DNA from: an uncultured Chloroflexia bacterium
GTDB lineage: Bacteria; Chloroflexota; Limnocylindria; Limnocylindrales; CSP1-4
Length of the DNA: 64,000 nt
Reading direction: 5' to 3'
Assembly (NCBI GenBank): GCA_963712745.1
Contig: CAVQJC010000011.1
Location: forward strand, 192,001 to 256,000
Position numbers and translations under genes: made by a program. Positions 10,118 to 20,117 of the stretch are shown piece by piece. Position 1 is the stretch's first letter. Each line of letters begins with the position of its first letter. The notes beneath the pieces are model-generated. The model had not been told where the DNA came from, searched no databases, and was given only the letters and a program-made list of their open reading frames with translations.

Positions 10118-11137
10118 ATGAGAGCGATGCTGCTCAGCGCCCCGCTGACGCTGGAGATCGTCGATCAACCCGATCCCATCATCGAGCGCGAAGACGATGT
10201 GCTGGTGCGCGTCAGAGCGGCCAGCGTCTGTGGGTCGGACACGCACGGCTACGATGGCAAGAATGGCCGCCGAGTGGCTCCGCTCGTCATGGGACATGAG
10301 GCCTGTGGCGAGGTGGTGGCCGTGGGCGCGGGGGTCAGGGCCGTCTCGCCCAGAGACCGCGTGTTCGCCATGCCCATGGAGTGGTGCGCCGACTGTGACG
10401 AGTGCCGGCGCGGCGCGTTCGACCTGTGCCCCGAGCGCAAGGTCTACGGAGGCGACCTTCCCGGCGCCTTCGCAGAGCTCTTCCGTATCCGCGAGCGCAC
10501 GGCCGTCCCCATCCCGGACGAGGTCAGCTACCAGCAGGCCGCTCTCATCGAACCCCTGGCCGTCGTGGTCAAGGGCCTTTCGCGTGCGAAGGTCGATGCC
10601 GGCGACAGTGTCGCGGTCGTCGGCGGCGGGCCGATCGGCCTCATCGCCACGGCAGTCCTGGCGCTGCACCGGCCCCGCCGACTCATCGTCCTGGAGCCGC
10701 TTGAGAAGCGGCGCCAGATCGCGCGAGAGATGGGCGCGACACTGGTGCTCGACCCGACCGCGGTCGATGCCGCCGAGCAGGTCGCAGCGGCGACCGACGG
10801 CCGCGGGGTGGATCTGACGGTGGAGGCGGTGGGCACCACGGCCTCGGTCGCAAGCGCGGTGAATGCCACGGCCGGCGGCGGCCAGATCGTATGGCTCGGC
10901 AACGTCGGCCGGGTCGTGGAGATCGACGAGTTCAAGGTCGTCTGGAACAACCTGACCATCCACGCCAGCGTCGGCGTCACGCGGGCAGCAGTCGAGCGCG
11001 CTATCGAACTCATCGCCGAAGGCTCGGTGCCGGTGACCAACATCCTGACGCTGGACGTCCCGCTCGAGGACGCGGTCGAGGCGTTCCACCGCACCGCGCG
11101 TGACGCCGACATCGTGAAGACGATCATCCGGCCCTGA
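10118..11137 (+). CDS. Zn-dependent alcohol/polyol dehydrogenase (MDR)
   Basis: CGSD, GHE, structural Zn CxxCxxC...C, GGGPIG. Confidence 0.93.
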   Translation: MRAMLLSAPLTLEIVDQPDPIIEREDDVLVRVRAASVCGSDTHGYDGKNGRRVAPLVMGHEACGEVVAVGAGVRAVSPRDRVFAMPMEWCADCDECRRGAFDLCPERKVYGGDLPGAFAELFRIRERTAVPIPDEVSYQQAALIEPLAVVVKGLSRAKVDAGDSVAVVGGGPIGLIATAVLALHRPRRLIVLEPLEKRRQIAREMGATLVLDPTAVDAAEQVAAATDGRGVDLTVEAVGTTASVASAVNATAGGGQIVWLGNVGRVVEIDEFKVVWNNLTIHASVGVTRAAVERAIELIAEGSVPVTNILTLDVPLEDAVEAFHRTARDADIVKTIIRP

Positions 11138-11173
11138 CGGCTCCGGGCTGTTCCGATCCGACCGCGCTGTCGG

Positions 11174-11830
11174 TCAGTCGGCCTCGGCCAGCAGCGCCTG
11201 CATCGAGGTGGCCATGGCAGCGAGCATGAGCCAGCACGAGGTGGCGCCGGCGTCGAGCACGCCTCGGGAGCGTTCACCCAGCCGGCTCGCCCGACCGACC
11301 CTGGCGACCATGTCGCGAGTCGAGTCCTTGCCCTGCTCGGCGGCCTCGGTGAGCGCGTCGAGCGCGTCGGTGAACGCTTGGCCGGCATCGACCGCGGCAT
11401 GGAACGCCGCGGTCGCGGGCACGAGCGTGTCGAGCAGCGTCTTGTCACCGACGTTGGCCTCACCGATGTCCTCGACGGACTCGCGCCCCGCGTCGAGCAT
11501 GGAGCCGAAGGTCTGGGCATCGATGGCCTCGATGCCGGCACAGGCCTCACCCATCTCGCTGAAGAAGCCGCCGTAGAGCGGGCCCATGGCGCCACCGATG
11601 CGGGTCATCAGGGTCTCGCCGATGAGCGCCAGGCCGGCCGAGAGGTCGATGTCGCCAGTCAGCTCGTCGCGGACGATGAGGAAGCCCTTGCGCATGTTGA
11701 CGCCGTGGTCGCCATCGCCGATGGCTCCGTCGATCTCACTCAGGAGCTGGCCATGCTCGTCGATGGTCTCGATGAGCGCGTCGACGACGACCCGGCCCTG
11801 GGCGGCGGGGAACGAGGACGCCGCGCTCAT
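11174..11830 (-). CDS. dhaL: Dihydroxyacetone kinase-family L subunit
   Basis: DGAIGDGDHGVNM, GGAMGPLYG, GDKTLLD, GRASRLGERSRGVLDAGA. Confidence 0.92.
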   Translation of the reverse strand: MSAASSFPAAQGRVVVDALIETIDEHGQLLSEIDGAIGDGDHGVNMRKGFLIVRDELTGDIDLSAGLALIGETLMTRIGGAMGPLYGGFFSEMGEACAGIEAIDAQTFGSMLDAGRESVEDIGEANVGDKTLLDTLVPATAAFHAAVDAGQAFTDALDALTEAAEQGKDSTRDMVARVGRASRLGERSRGVLDAGATSCWLMLAAMATSMQALLAEAD

Positions 11831-12831
11831 GACGGCAGCTGGCGCAGGCCCACGCTGTCGGCCTCGAGGTCGAGACAGCTCTTGAGCTCATCGTCGAGCC
11901 GCATCAGCGTCACCGTCGCGCCCATCATCTCCAGGGACGTGAAGTAGTTGCCGACGTAGGGTCGGTGGATGGACAGGCCGGCCTCCTCGGCGAGGCGTGC
12001 GACGTGGTCGTAGAGGATGTACAGCTCCATCACCGGCGTGGCCCCGAGGCCGGAGATGAGGATGGCCACCTCGTCACCGCGTTCGAAGGGCAGGTCGGGC
12101 AGGATGACGTCCAGCATCTGGGCCGCGATGTCCCGCGCCGGCTTCAAGGTCTCGACCGAGACGCCCGGTTCACCGTGGTGGCCGATGCCGACCTCCATCA
12201 TCCCGGGCTCGATGCTGAAGTTCGGCTTGCCCAGGGCGGGGATGGTGCAGGGCGTCAGGCCGACACCGATGCTGCGGGTGTTGTCGATGGCCTTCTGGGC
12301 CGCTGCGATGACCTCGTCGAGCGAGCCTCCGAGGGCGGCCTTGGCACCGCCGACCTTCCACATCAGCACCTCACCCGCGACCCCCCGGCGCTTCTCGCGC
12401 TCTTCGGGGGGTGCCGAGGGCACATCATCGTCGGCCACGACGGTCTCGACGCGGATGCCCTCCTTCTCCGCCTTGCGCCGGGCGAGCTTGACGTTCATGT
12501 TGTCGCCCGCGTAGTTGCCGTACAGGCAGGCCACGCCGACGCCGGCGTCGGCGGCCCGGAACGCGTCCAGGAACGCCGAAGCGGACGGTGAGCTGAAGAT
12601 CTCGCCCACGGCCACGGCATCGACCATGTTGCGCCCGAGGTAGCCGATGAAGGCCGGCTTGTGCCCGGACCCACCGCCGGTGACGATGCCGACCTTGCCC
12701 TCCACCGGCGCGCCCGCGTAGCGCAGGACACGTGGGTCATCGGTCGCGGCCACGAGGTCGGGATGCGCGCGCAGGAAGCCGCGCAGCATGTCCTCCACGA
12801 CCAGTGTCGGATCATCGATGATGCGCTGCAT
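11827..12831 (-). CDS. dhaK: Dihydroxyacetone kinase-family K subunit
   Basis: GGGSGHKP, NYAGD, RRGVAG, GIGHHGEPG, TSLEM. Confidence 0.92.
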   Translation of the reverse strand: MQRIIDDPTLVVEDMLRGFLRAHPDLVAATDDPRVLRYAGAPVEGKVGIVTGGGSGHKPAFIGYLGRNMVDAVAVGEIFSSPSASAFLDAFRAADAGVGVACLYGNYAGDNMNVKLARRKAEKEGIRVETVVADDDVPSAPPEEREKRRGVAGEVLMWKVGGAKAALGGSLDEVIAAAQKAIDNTRSIGVGLTPCTIPALGKPNFSIEPGMMEVGIGHHGEPGVSVETLKPARDIAAQMLDVILPDLPFERGDEVAILISGLGATPVMELYILYDHVARLAEEAGLSIHRPYVGNYFTSLEMMGATVTLMRLDDELKSCLDLEADSVGLRQLPS

Positions 12832-12937
12832 CGGGTACCTCCTCGACTCTCTAGCTGAGCCCTGCCGGTTTGCAGGTATGCATACACGCCTGCCCGCAGC
12901 CTAGCGCGGGGTGGGTGCGCAGGCAAGCCGCCTGCCG

Positions 12938-13806
12938 TCAGAGGCGGAAGTAGCGTTCCGCATTGGCGCTGAACATGGCCACCTGTTCGTCATCGGAGAA
13001 GTCGCTGATCAGCGCGGCCCAGGTGTCGACCACATCGGGGTAGGAGGCGAACAGGCGCCCGAAAGGCCAATTCGAGGCGAAGATCGTGCGCTCGGGGCCA
13101 AAGGCTTCGATGCAGGTCATGGCCCACGGCCGGATCGAGTCGATGGTCCATCGGGGATCGCAGATGTCGAGCCCGGACACCTTGACGATGACGTTGGGTG
13201 CCACCGCCAGGTTGAGCAACTCTCGCCGCCACAGCTCGAAGTAGGCCTCATCGCGCCCCCGGGGGAAGCCGGCGTGGTCCAGGCACACCGTCATGTTCGG
13301 GTGCTTGCCGGCCAGCGCCTTGACGTCCGCGTACGTCTCCGGCTTCGCATGCACACAGCTGATGAGGCCATGCTTGTCGAGGTAGGAGAAGCCGCGTTGC
13401 CAATCGGGGTCACGCAGGTAGTCGTCATCTCGATACTCGCGGACACCACGCACGTTGGCGAACTGCAGGTGTCGCTCGATCACCGACTCGGCGTCGGGCT
13501 CGGCCAGATGCACCTCGGCCACGATGCCGTGTGGGTGGCCGAGCCGGTCGGAGAAGGCCTGGATCCAGCGCGTCTCCTCGACTGGATCGGGGATCCTCCT
13601 GCACACTGGACGTGGATCGACTTGACGACGTTGCTGAAGCGCGTCTCCGCGAGCCAGTCGTCGGCCCAATAGCGGAGGGCCTTGATGGCGCGGATGTCCT
13701 CGATGATCTCGTGCTGAGCGCCCGGCTTCAGCAGGTCATAGCGGAGCTTCGGGTTCTCGAGGTCATAGAAGTGGACATGCGTATCGATGAAGGGCAGGTC
13801 TGCCAC
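12938..13806 (-). CDS. Amidohydrolase_2 family protein (sugar-lactonase-like), one frameshift near 13590
   Basis: IDTHVH, LDHAG, VKVSGL, FGPERTIFASNWP, NAERYFRL; ORFs 13480-13806 and 12938-13669 join by an indel. Confidence 0.85.
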
Positions 13807-13963
13807 CCGGGTCGCCTCCGTCGGAGCGGATCATGTGCCCCCATTGTATGGATTCCGACCGCGTCTCCCCGGCTGCTGGACGTCCCGTGGGCCAACCACA
13901 TCGTGGCCGAGCACGACGGCTCGGTCGTCGACAGGTCGCGTCGCTCGGCTGGCTGTAGTCCAG

Positions 13964-14854
13964 TCAATCCGCAGACGCGAGCGAGCGCAGGAAGCGAACG
14001 CTCTTCTCGGCGTCGGCGACAGGGCCCTCACCCGGGGCCGGATCGGCATCGAGCGAGACGTCCTGCTCGAGCACGTACCAGCCGTCGAAGCCGTCCCGTT
14101 CGAGCACCTCGATGACGCCCGCGAGGTCGACGTCACCATCGCCCGCCGGCGGGAACATGCCGTCCAGCGTGGCCTGCTTGAAGGTCGTCTGGCCGGTGCG
14201 GACCTGCTCGGCCAGATCGCCCACGACGTCCTTGACGTGCACGTGATTGACACGACCCGATGCCTGTCGCGCGATCTCGACCGGGTCCGCGCCGCCGATG
14301 AACAGATGTCCCGTGTCGAGGCAGATATCGACATCGGAGGAGGCCAGCACCCGTTCCACGTGCTCGGGTCGTTCCACGGCCATGCCCCAGTGCGGATGCA
14401 AGCCCGTGCTCAGGCCGTGGTCACCCGCGACGTCCTGGAGCCGACGCAGGTTCTCGAAGAAGGTGGCCCACTCCGCCTCGTCGAGGGTGATGGAGGTGTC
14501 GTAGCCGTCGAGGTGCGAGGACGGGCCAAGTACCAGCACCTTCGCGCCGGCTGCCGCCAGCTGTCGTGAGGCACGGTCGACGTAGTCGAGGCCGGCCTCG
14601 AAACGGTCCTGGATGTGCAAGACGGCCGGCACGAAACCGCCGACGACCTGCAGGTCGAAGCCGGCCACGTACTCGCGCAATTCACCCGGATCGGTCGGCA
14701 GATAGCCGTCCGGGCCGATCTCGGTGGCCGAGAGGCCGACCTGCCGCATCTCCGCCATCACTCGGTCGCGGTCCATCAGGAAACCCCACCCCGGCGAGCC
14801 ATCCACGCCCCAGGTGATGGGTGCACCCGCGATCCTGTCGCTCAGGTCGCTCAT
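13964..14854 (-). CDS. iolE: Myo-inosose-2 dehydratase-like TIM barrel
   Basis: GAPITWG, TEIGPDGYLP, HPHWG, CLDTGH, HVHVKD, VLEQD; next to iolC/iolB. Confidence 0.75.
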   Translation of the reverse strand: MSDLSDRIAGAPITWGVDGSPGWGFLMDRDRVMAEMRQVGLSATEIGPDGYLPTDPGELREYVAGFDLQVVGGFVPAVLHIQDRFEAGLDYVDRASRQLAAAGAKVLVLGPSSHLDGYDTSITLDEAEWATFFENLRRLQDVAGDHGLSTGLHPHWGMAVERPEHVERVLASSDVDICLDTGHLFIGGADPVEIARQASGRVNHVHVKDVVGDLAEQVRTGQTTFKQATLDGMFPPAGDGDVDLAGVIEVLERDGFDGWYVLEQDVSLDADPAPGEGPVADAEKSVRFLRSLASAD

Positions 14855-14879
14855 GCGGCAGCCCCTCCATGTAGTCGCC

Positions 14880-14895
14880 GTTGGAACGTTCCAAC
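14880..14895. promoter_or_regulatory. LacI-type operator in the divergent iol promoter region
   Basis: Perfect 16-bp palindrome GTTGGAACGTTCCAAC with central CG, next to TATACT. Confidence 0.75.
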
Positions 14896-14985
14896 ACCAT
14901 CACCGTATACTCACCCCGGAATCGCTGTCAAGCGGCCGCTCCGATGATTCGCGCGCCGCACGGTGGAGCTCCGAAGGAGGGACGG

Positions 14986-16173
14986 ATGCCCAGATCGATC
15001 GGCATCGGCCTTATCGGCTTCGGCTGGATGGGCCATGCTCACGCGCGCTCCTATCGCAGCATCCCGGTCTACTTCCCTGAGGCCGGTCTGACACCGCGAC
15101 TGGTGGCGGTGGCCGACACGGATCCGGCACGGGTCCAGGAGGCGGTCTCCCATTTCGGCTTCGAGTCCGGCACCGACGATTACCGGGAGCTGCTCGACCG
15201 TGACGACATCGACGTCATCGACATCACCGCACCCAATGGCCTGCACCAGGAGCTGGCGGAGGCCGCCGCCGCGGCGGGCAAGCACGTGTTCTGCGAGAAG
15301 CCGGTGGGCGTGGACCCGGCGGCCACGGCCAGCATCGAGGCAGCAGCGCGCCGGGCTGGCGTCATCACCGGCTGCGGCTACAACTACCGCTGGGCGCCAC
15401 TGGTGCAGTACCTGCGGGGCCTCATCGCCGAGGGTCGTCTCGGAGAGCTGACCCACTACCGCGGCCGCTTCTTCACGATGTACGGGCGCGACCGCCTGGG
15501 ACTGCTCTCATGGCGCTTCCTGCTCGATGAGGGCGGCTTCGGCGTGCTCAACGACGTCATGCCCCACGTCATCGATATGGCTCAGCACCTGTGCGGGCCC
15601 ATCACCCGCGTGGTCTCGGTGAAGGAGATCTTCGTCCGGCAACGTCCTCTGCCCAAGCCCGGCGCGGCCGCCCACTACCAGCGCGGCGAGCCGGGGGACC
15701 CGACCGGCGAGGTCACCAACGAGGACTACGTGGGGGCACTCGTGGAGTTCGCCAGCGGGGTGCGCGGGACACTGGAGGTCGACCGTTCGATCTTCGGGCC
15801 CCAGTCGTCCATGGCCTTCGAGCTCAACGGCTCCAAAGGCGCTGCCGGCTGGGACCACGAGAAGCTCAACCAGCTGCAGCTGTACCTGCCCGAGGAGCAG
15901 CCGACCGATGGCTTCCTCGAGGTCCTCGCCGGCGACACCCTGCCGCACCAGGGCAACCTGGTCCCCGGCGCGGGCAACTCCCTGGGCTACGAGGACATGA
16001 AGATCATCGAAGCCCTCGAGTTCTGCCGCGCGGTGGCCGAGGAACGGCCCTTCGATCCCGGCTTCGAGGCAGCGCTGGCGAACGCCTCGGTGGCCGCGGC
16101 CATGGTCCGATCCTGGGAGTCCGAGCGCTGGGAGGACGTGGTCAGCTTGCGTATCGCGGACGGCGAGGGCTAG
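14986..16173 (+). CDS. Gfo/Idh/MocA oxidoreductase (inositol dehydrogenase-like)
   Basis: GLIGFGWMG, CEKP, GYNYR, DVMPH; AAGGAGG RBS. Confidence 0.9.
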   Translation: MPRSIGIGLIGFGWMGHAHARSYRSIPVYFPEAGLTPRLVAVADTDPARVQEAVSHFGFESGTDDYRELLDRDDIDVIDITAPNGLHQELAEAAAAAGKHVFCEKPVGVDPAATASIEAAARRAGVITGCGYNYRWAPLVQYLRGLIAEGRLGELTHYRGRFFTMYGRDRLGLLSWRFLLDEGGFGVLNDVMPHVIDMAQHLCGPITRVVSVKEIFVRQRPLPKPGAAAHYQRGEPGDPTGEVTNEDYVGALVEFASGVRGTLEVDRSIFGPQSSMAFELNGSKGAAGWDHEKLNQLQLYLPEEQPTDGFLEVLAGDTLPHQGNLVPGAGNSLGYEDMKIIEALEFCRAVAEERPFDPGFEAALANASVAAAMVRSWESERWEDVVSLRIADGEG

Positions 16174-16177
16174 GCCT

Positions 16178-17176
16178 GTGGGCTACGACCTCATCACCGT
16201 CGGGCGCGTGACCATGGACCTGCTCGCGCAGGACATCGGGGTGCCCTTCGAGGAGGTCACCGGCTTCGACACCTCGGTCGGCGGCAGCCCTACCAACATC
16301 GCCATCGGGGCGGCGCGCCTGGGCCTGCGGCCGGTGGCCTTCACCGGTGTCGGCGACGATCTCGTCGGCGACTACGTGCTGCGCTATCTCAACGATGCGG
16401 GCGTAGATACGCGGTACATCGTGCGCAAGCCGGGCAAGCGCACCTCGCTGGCGCTGGTGGCCATCCAGCCTCCGGACCGGTTCCCACTCACCTTCTATCG
16501 CCAGGACCCCGCGGACATCTACCTTACGGCCGATGATGCGGAGGCCTTGCCCTTCGATGAGACTTCCGCGCTGCTGCTCTCCGGCAATGCCTTCAGTCGC
16601 GGCAGCTGTGCCGAGGCGGCACGCCACTGCGGCGAGCGGGGCAGGGACGCGGGCGCCACCACCTACATGGACCTCGACCTGCGCCCGACCGAATGGGCGG
16701 AGCCGCGAGACTACGGCCGGACCCTGCGCCCGGTGCTGGCGCTGGCCGACGTCCTCATCGGTACCGAGGAGGAGTGCCACGCAGCGCTGGCGCCAGCACC
16801 CGATGCCGTCATCGCGGGCGAGCCGCTCACCGACGCCGACCACGCCGCGCTCGACGACCGACTCGACGCTCTGCTGGGGGAGGGCACGGTCGGGACCGTG
16901 GTCATCAAGCGAGGTCCGCGGGGTGCGACGGTGCTTACCGCCTCGGAGCGTACGGACGTGCCGGGCTTCACGGTCGGTGCCGTCAACACCGTCGGTGCCG
17001 GGGATGCCTTCGCGGCCGGGCTCATCCGCAGCCGGCTGGCCGGCCAGGATTGGGAACAGGCGACGCGCTACGCCAGCGCCTGCGGCGCGATCCAGGTCAC
17101 GCGCCACGGCTGCTCGGCGGTGTTCCCCACCGAGGCCGAGGTTTCCGACTTCATCGACCAGCACGGAGGGCTCTGA
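16178..17176 (+). CDS. iolC: 5-dehydro-2-deoxygluconokinase (PfkB family)
   Basis: GGSPTNIA, PPDRFPLTFYR, DLDLRP, GAGDAF. Confidence 0.9.
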   Translation: MGYDLITVGRVTMDLLAQDIGVPFEEVTGFDTSVGGSPTNIAIGAARLGLRPVAFTGVGDDLVGDYVLRYLNDAGVDTRYIVRKPGKRTSLALVAIQPPDRFPLTFYRQDPADIYLTADDAEALPFDETSALLLSGNAFSRGSCAEAARHCGERGRDAGATTYMDLDLRPTEWAEPRDYGRTLRPVLALADVLIGTEEECHAALAPAPDAVIAGEPLTDADHAALDDRLDALLGEGTVGTVVIKRGPRGATVLTASERTDVPGFTVGAVNTVGAGDAFAAGLIRSRLAGQDWEQATRYASACGAIQVTRHGCSAVFPTEAEVSDFIDQHGGL

Positions 17177-18029
17177 TGACACGACACCATCTGCGATCGA
17201 GTTCCGGACCCGGTAGCGTCCTCGAGGTCAGCCCGGCGTCCGTCGGCTGGACCAGCCTCGACTTCTCCGTCCTCGCGCTCGAGGCGGGCACGTCGCACAC
17301 CCTCGAGAGCGGCGGCCGCGAGGTCGCGCTCGTCCCACTCGAGGGCGGCATCCGGGCGGAGGTCGGCGACGGGACGCATCTGCTGCAGCGCTCGTCGGTC
17401 TTCGCCGAGATGCCGCATGTGCTGTATGTGCCGCCCGGCCACGACGGTTCGACTCACGGCCGAATCGCGCGCTGAGGTCGCGATCGGGGGCGCTCCCGCG
17501 GACGGGCGCTACCCGGTGCGGCTGTTCACGCCCGGCGAGATGCGCTCCGAAGTGCGAGGCGGGGGTAGCGCGACGCGGCAGGTCAACCACATCCTGGCCC
17601 ATCCGCTGCCGGCCGAGCGGCTCATCCTCTACGAGGTCTACGTGCCCGCGCGGCGGCTGGTCGGGCTGGCCGCCCCACTGCCACGACGGCTACGAGGGCT
17701 CGCCCTACCTGGAGGAGACCTACTACTTCCGGCTCGATCCGGCGGACGGCTGGGCCATCCACCGCAACTACCGGGTGGACACCGACTTCGACGAGACGTT
17801 CGCGGTGGGAGACCGCGACGTGGTCTGCGTGACCCAGGGCTTCCACTCGAGTGCGGCCGCGCCCGGCTCGCACATGTACTTCCTCAACTACCTCGCGGGC
17901 GAGCTCGTCGACGACGACCGGCGCATCCCGCCCTTCTTCCAGCCCGAGTACCGCTGGATCGACGGCAACTGGGAGCAGGATGCGATGACCCTGCCGGCGG
18001 TCACGCCCGGGGGTGCCCGGCGTGGCTGA
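17176..18029 (+). CDS. iolB: 5-deoxy-glucuronate isomerase, frameshifts near 17450 and 17650
   Basis: RGGGSATRQVN, PPHCHD, YLEETYYF, MYFLNYLAG recovered across frames. Confidence 0.85.
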
Positions 18030-18991
18030 GCGCCTGCCCCTGACCCCCGGCAAGGCGCGCGGGCTGGCCACTGCGTCGACCCGCGAGGGCATCTTCACCG
18101 TCCTCGCCATCGACCACCGCGACTCGCTGCGGGTGGTGCTCGACCCTGCGGACCCCGCCGGCGTCCCGCCGGCGACCCTCACCGCCCTCAAGCTGGACCT
18201 GCTGCGCGGCCTGGCCGACGGGGCCAGCGCGGTCATGCTCGAGCCCGAGTTCAGCGCCGCCCAGGCCATCGTCACCCGCTCGCTGCCCGGGCTCGGTCGG
18301 CTTCCTGGCCGCCATCGAAGCACAGGGCTACCTTGGTGACCCGAGCGCAACGCGCACGACCCTGCTGGAAGACTGGAGCGTGGGCAAGGCCAAGCGACTC
18401 GGTGCCAGCGGTGTCAAGTTGCTCGTCCTCTACCGTCCCGACGGCGGCGCGGTCTCCGAGGCGCAGGAGCGCACGATCACCGAAGTCGTCAGCGGACTGC
18501 GCGCGCCACGACATCCCCCTGTTCCTGGAGCCCCTGCTCTACGAGCGCGAGGGAGGATCGGCCGACCGACGTGCGCTGGTGGTGGAGACGGCGCGCCGCC
18601 TCGGTCGCCTGGGCCCGGACGTGCTCAAGGTCCAGTTCCCGCTCGACACCGGCACCGACGACGACCGCGCGGCCTGGCGCGACGCCTGCGCGGAGCTCGA
18701 CGACTGCGGCCCCGGTGCCGTGGGCGCTGCTGTCCGGCGGCGGCACCTTCGCGCGTTTCCGCGAGCAGCTCGCGGTGGCCTGCGAGGCCGGCGCGTCGGG
18801 CTTCATGGTCGGGCGCGCGCTGTGGGGCGAGTACGTGACCTCACCACCGGAGCGGCGGCAGGAGTTGATGCGCGAGTCCCTCCAGCCCCGCTTCGCCGAG
18901 CTGGCCACCATCGCCACCCGCGACGGACGGGACTGGGTCGACCCGGTTCGATCTGCCGGCCGTCGACGACCAGTGGTACCGGACCTACTGA
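18022..18991 (+). CDS. Tagatose-1,6-bisphosphate-aldolase (LacD)-like class I aldolase, several frameshifts
   Basis: LAIDHRDSL, AKRLGASGVKLLVLYRPD, DVLKVQFP, PWALLSGG, ASGFMVGRALW across frames. Confidence 0.82.
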
Positions 18992-19011
18992 TGAAGGCGT
19001 GGCCGTTCCGG

Positions 19012-20057
19012 TCAGCCTCCGGAGGCGGTCCCCGACGACGGTCCCTCCAGCCCGGCTGCCTCGAACAGGCGAGCGATGAGGCGCATGTTGGCAGCGGCAT
19101 CCTCGGCTGGCACGGGCACCGGGCCGCCGTCGATCACGGCGCGAGCGAAGGCCGTGGCCTCCAGGCCGTACTGGTCGGCAGCGGCCACCTCGATCGTGCG
19201 CAGGCTCGAGTGATGCGGATGAGCGTCGCCACCGCCCGCGATGGTGATGGTCGTGACGTGGCCGGCCGGGCAGTTGAAAGGGTCTGCGACCGAGAGCCAG
19301 CCCTTGGTGCCGTGCAGGCGCACCCGGTGGTCGGGCTCCTGCTCCATCGAAGCGGTGAACACCGAACGGGCATCGCCGTAGTCGAGGATGGCACTGAAGG
19401 TCAGGTCGATCTCGCCGGCCGGGTCGAGGCGCGCAGAGGCCTGCACCGACGACGGCTCGTCGCCGAGCAGCCAGCGGCTGAGATTGACGGCATAGCAGCC
19501 TACGTCGAGCAAAGCGCCACCACCGCGAGCCATCGTCATGCGGTAGTCCGACGCTGCCAGCTGCGAACGGAAGACGAACCAGATCTCCAGGTCGGTGAGT
19601 CGGCCGATGGCGTCCTCGGCGAGCAGTCGCCGCACCTCCGCCCAGGCCGGGTGGAAGCGGTACATGAACGCCTCCATCAGCAGCACCCCGCGGTCGCGAC
19701 AGTAGTCGGCCACGGCCTTGGCCTCGGCCGCGTCCAGCGTCAGGGGCTTCTCGCAGAGGATGTGCTTGCCCGCGTCCGCGGCTGCGCGGATCCAGGGCGC
19801 GTGCAGGTCGTTGGGCAGCGGGATGTAGACCGCGTCGATGTCGGGATCGGCCAGCAGGGCCTCGTAGCTGCCGTACACGCGCTCGATGCCGAACTCGGCG
19901 CGCCGCGGCCTCACCTCTGGATCGGTCGCGCGAGGCCACCGCGGTCAGTTCGCACAGCTCGGCGTCGCGGATGGCCTCGAAGACGTAGTTGCGCGCGATG
20001 CGGGCCGTGCCCAGCACGCCCCAATGGACGGTTCGCGCCTGCTTCCCGGTCGCTCAT
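19012..20057 (-). CDS. Gfo/Idh/MocA oxidoreductase, frameshifted near the 5' end
   Basis: WGVLGTARIA, YIPLPNDLH, CEKP, EAFMYRFHP, GGALLDVGCY. Confidence 0.87.
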
Positions 20058-20117
20058 GATCGCTCCCTCCGTGGCTGGCCCTGACCGCGCCAGCGTACTC
20101 GACCGCGCTGGTGCGTC

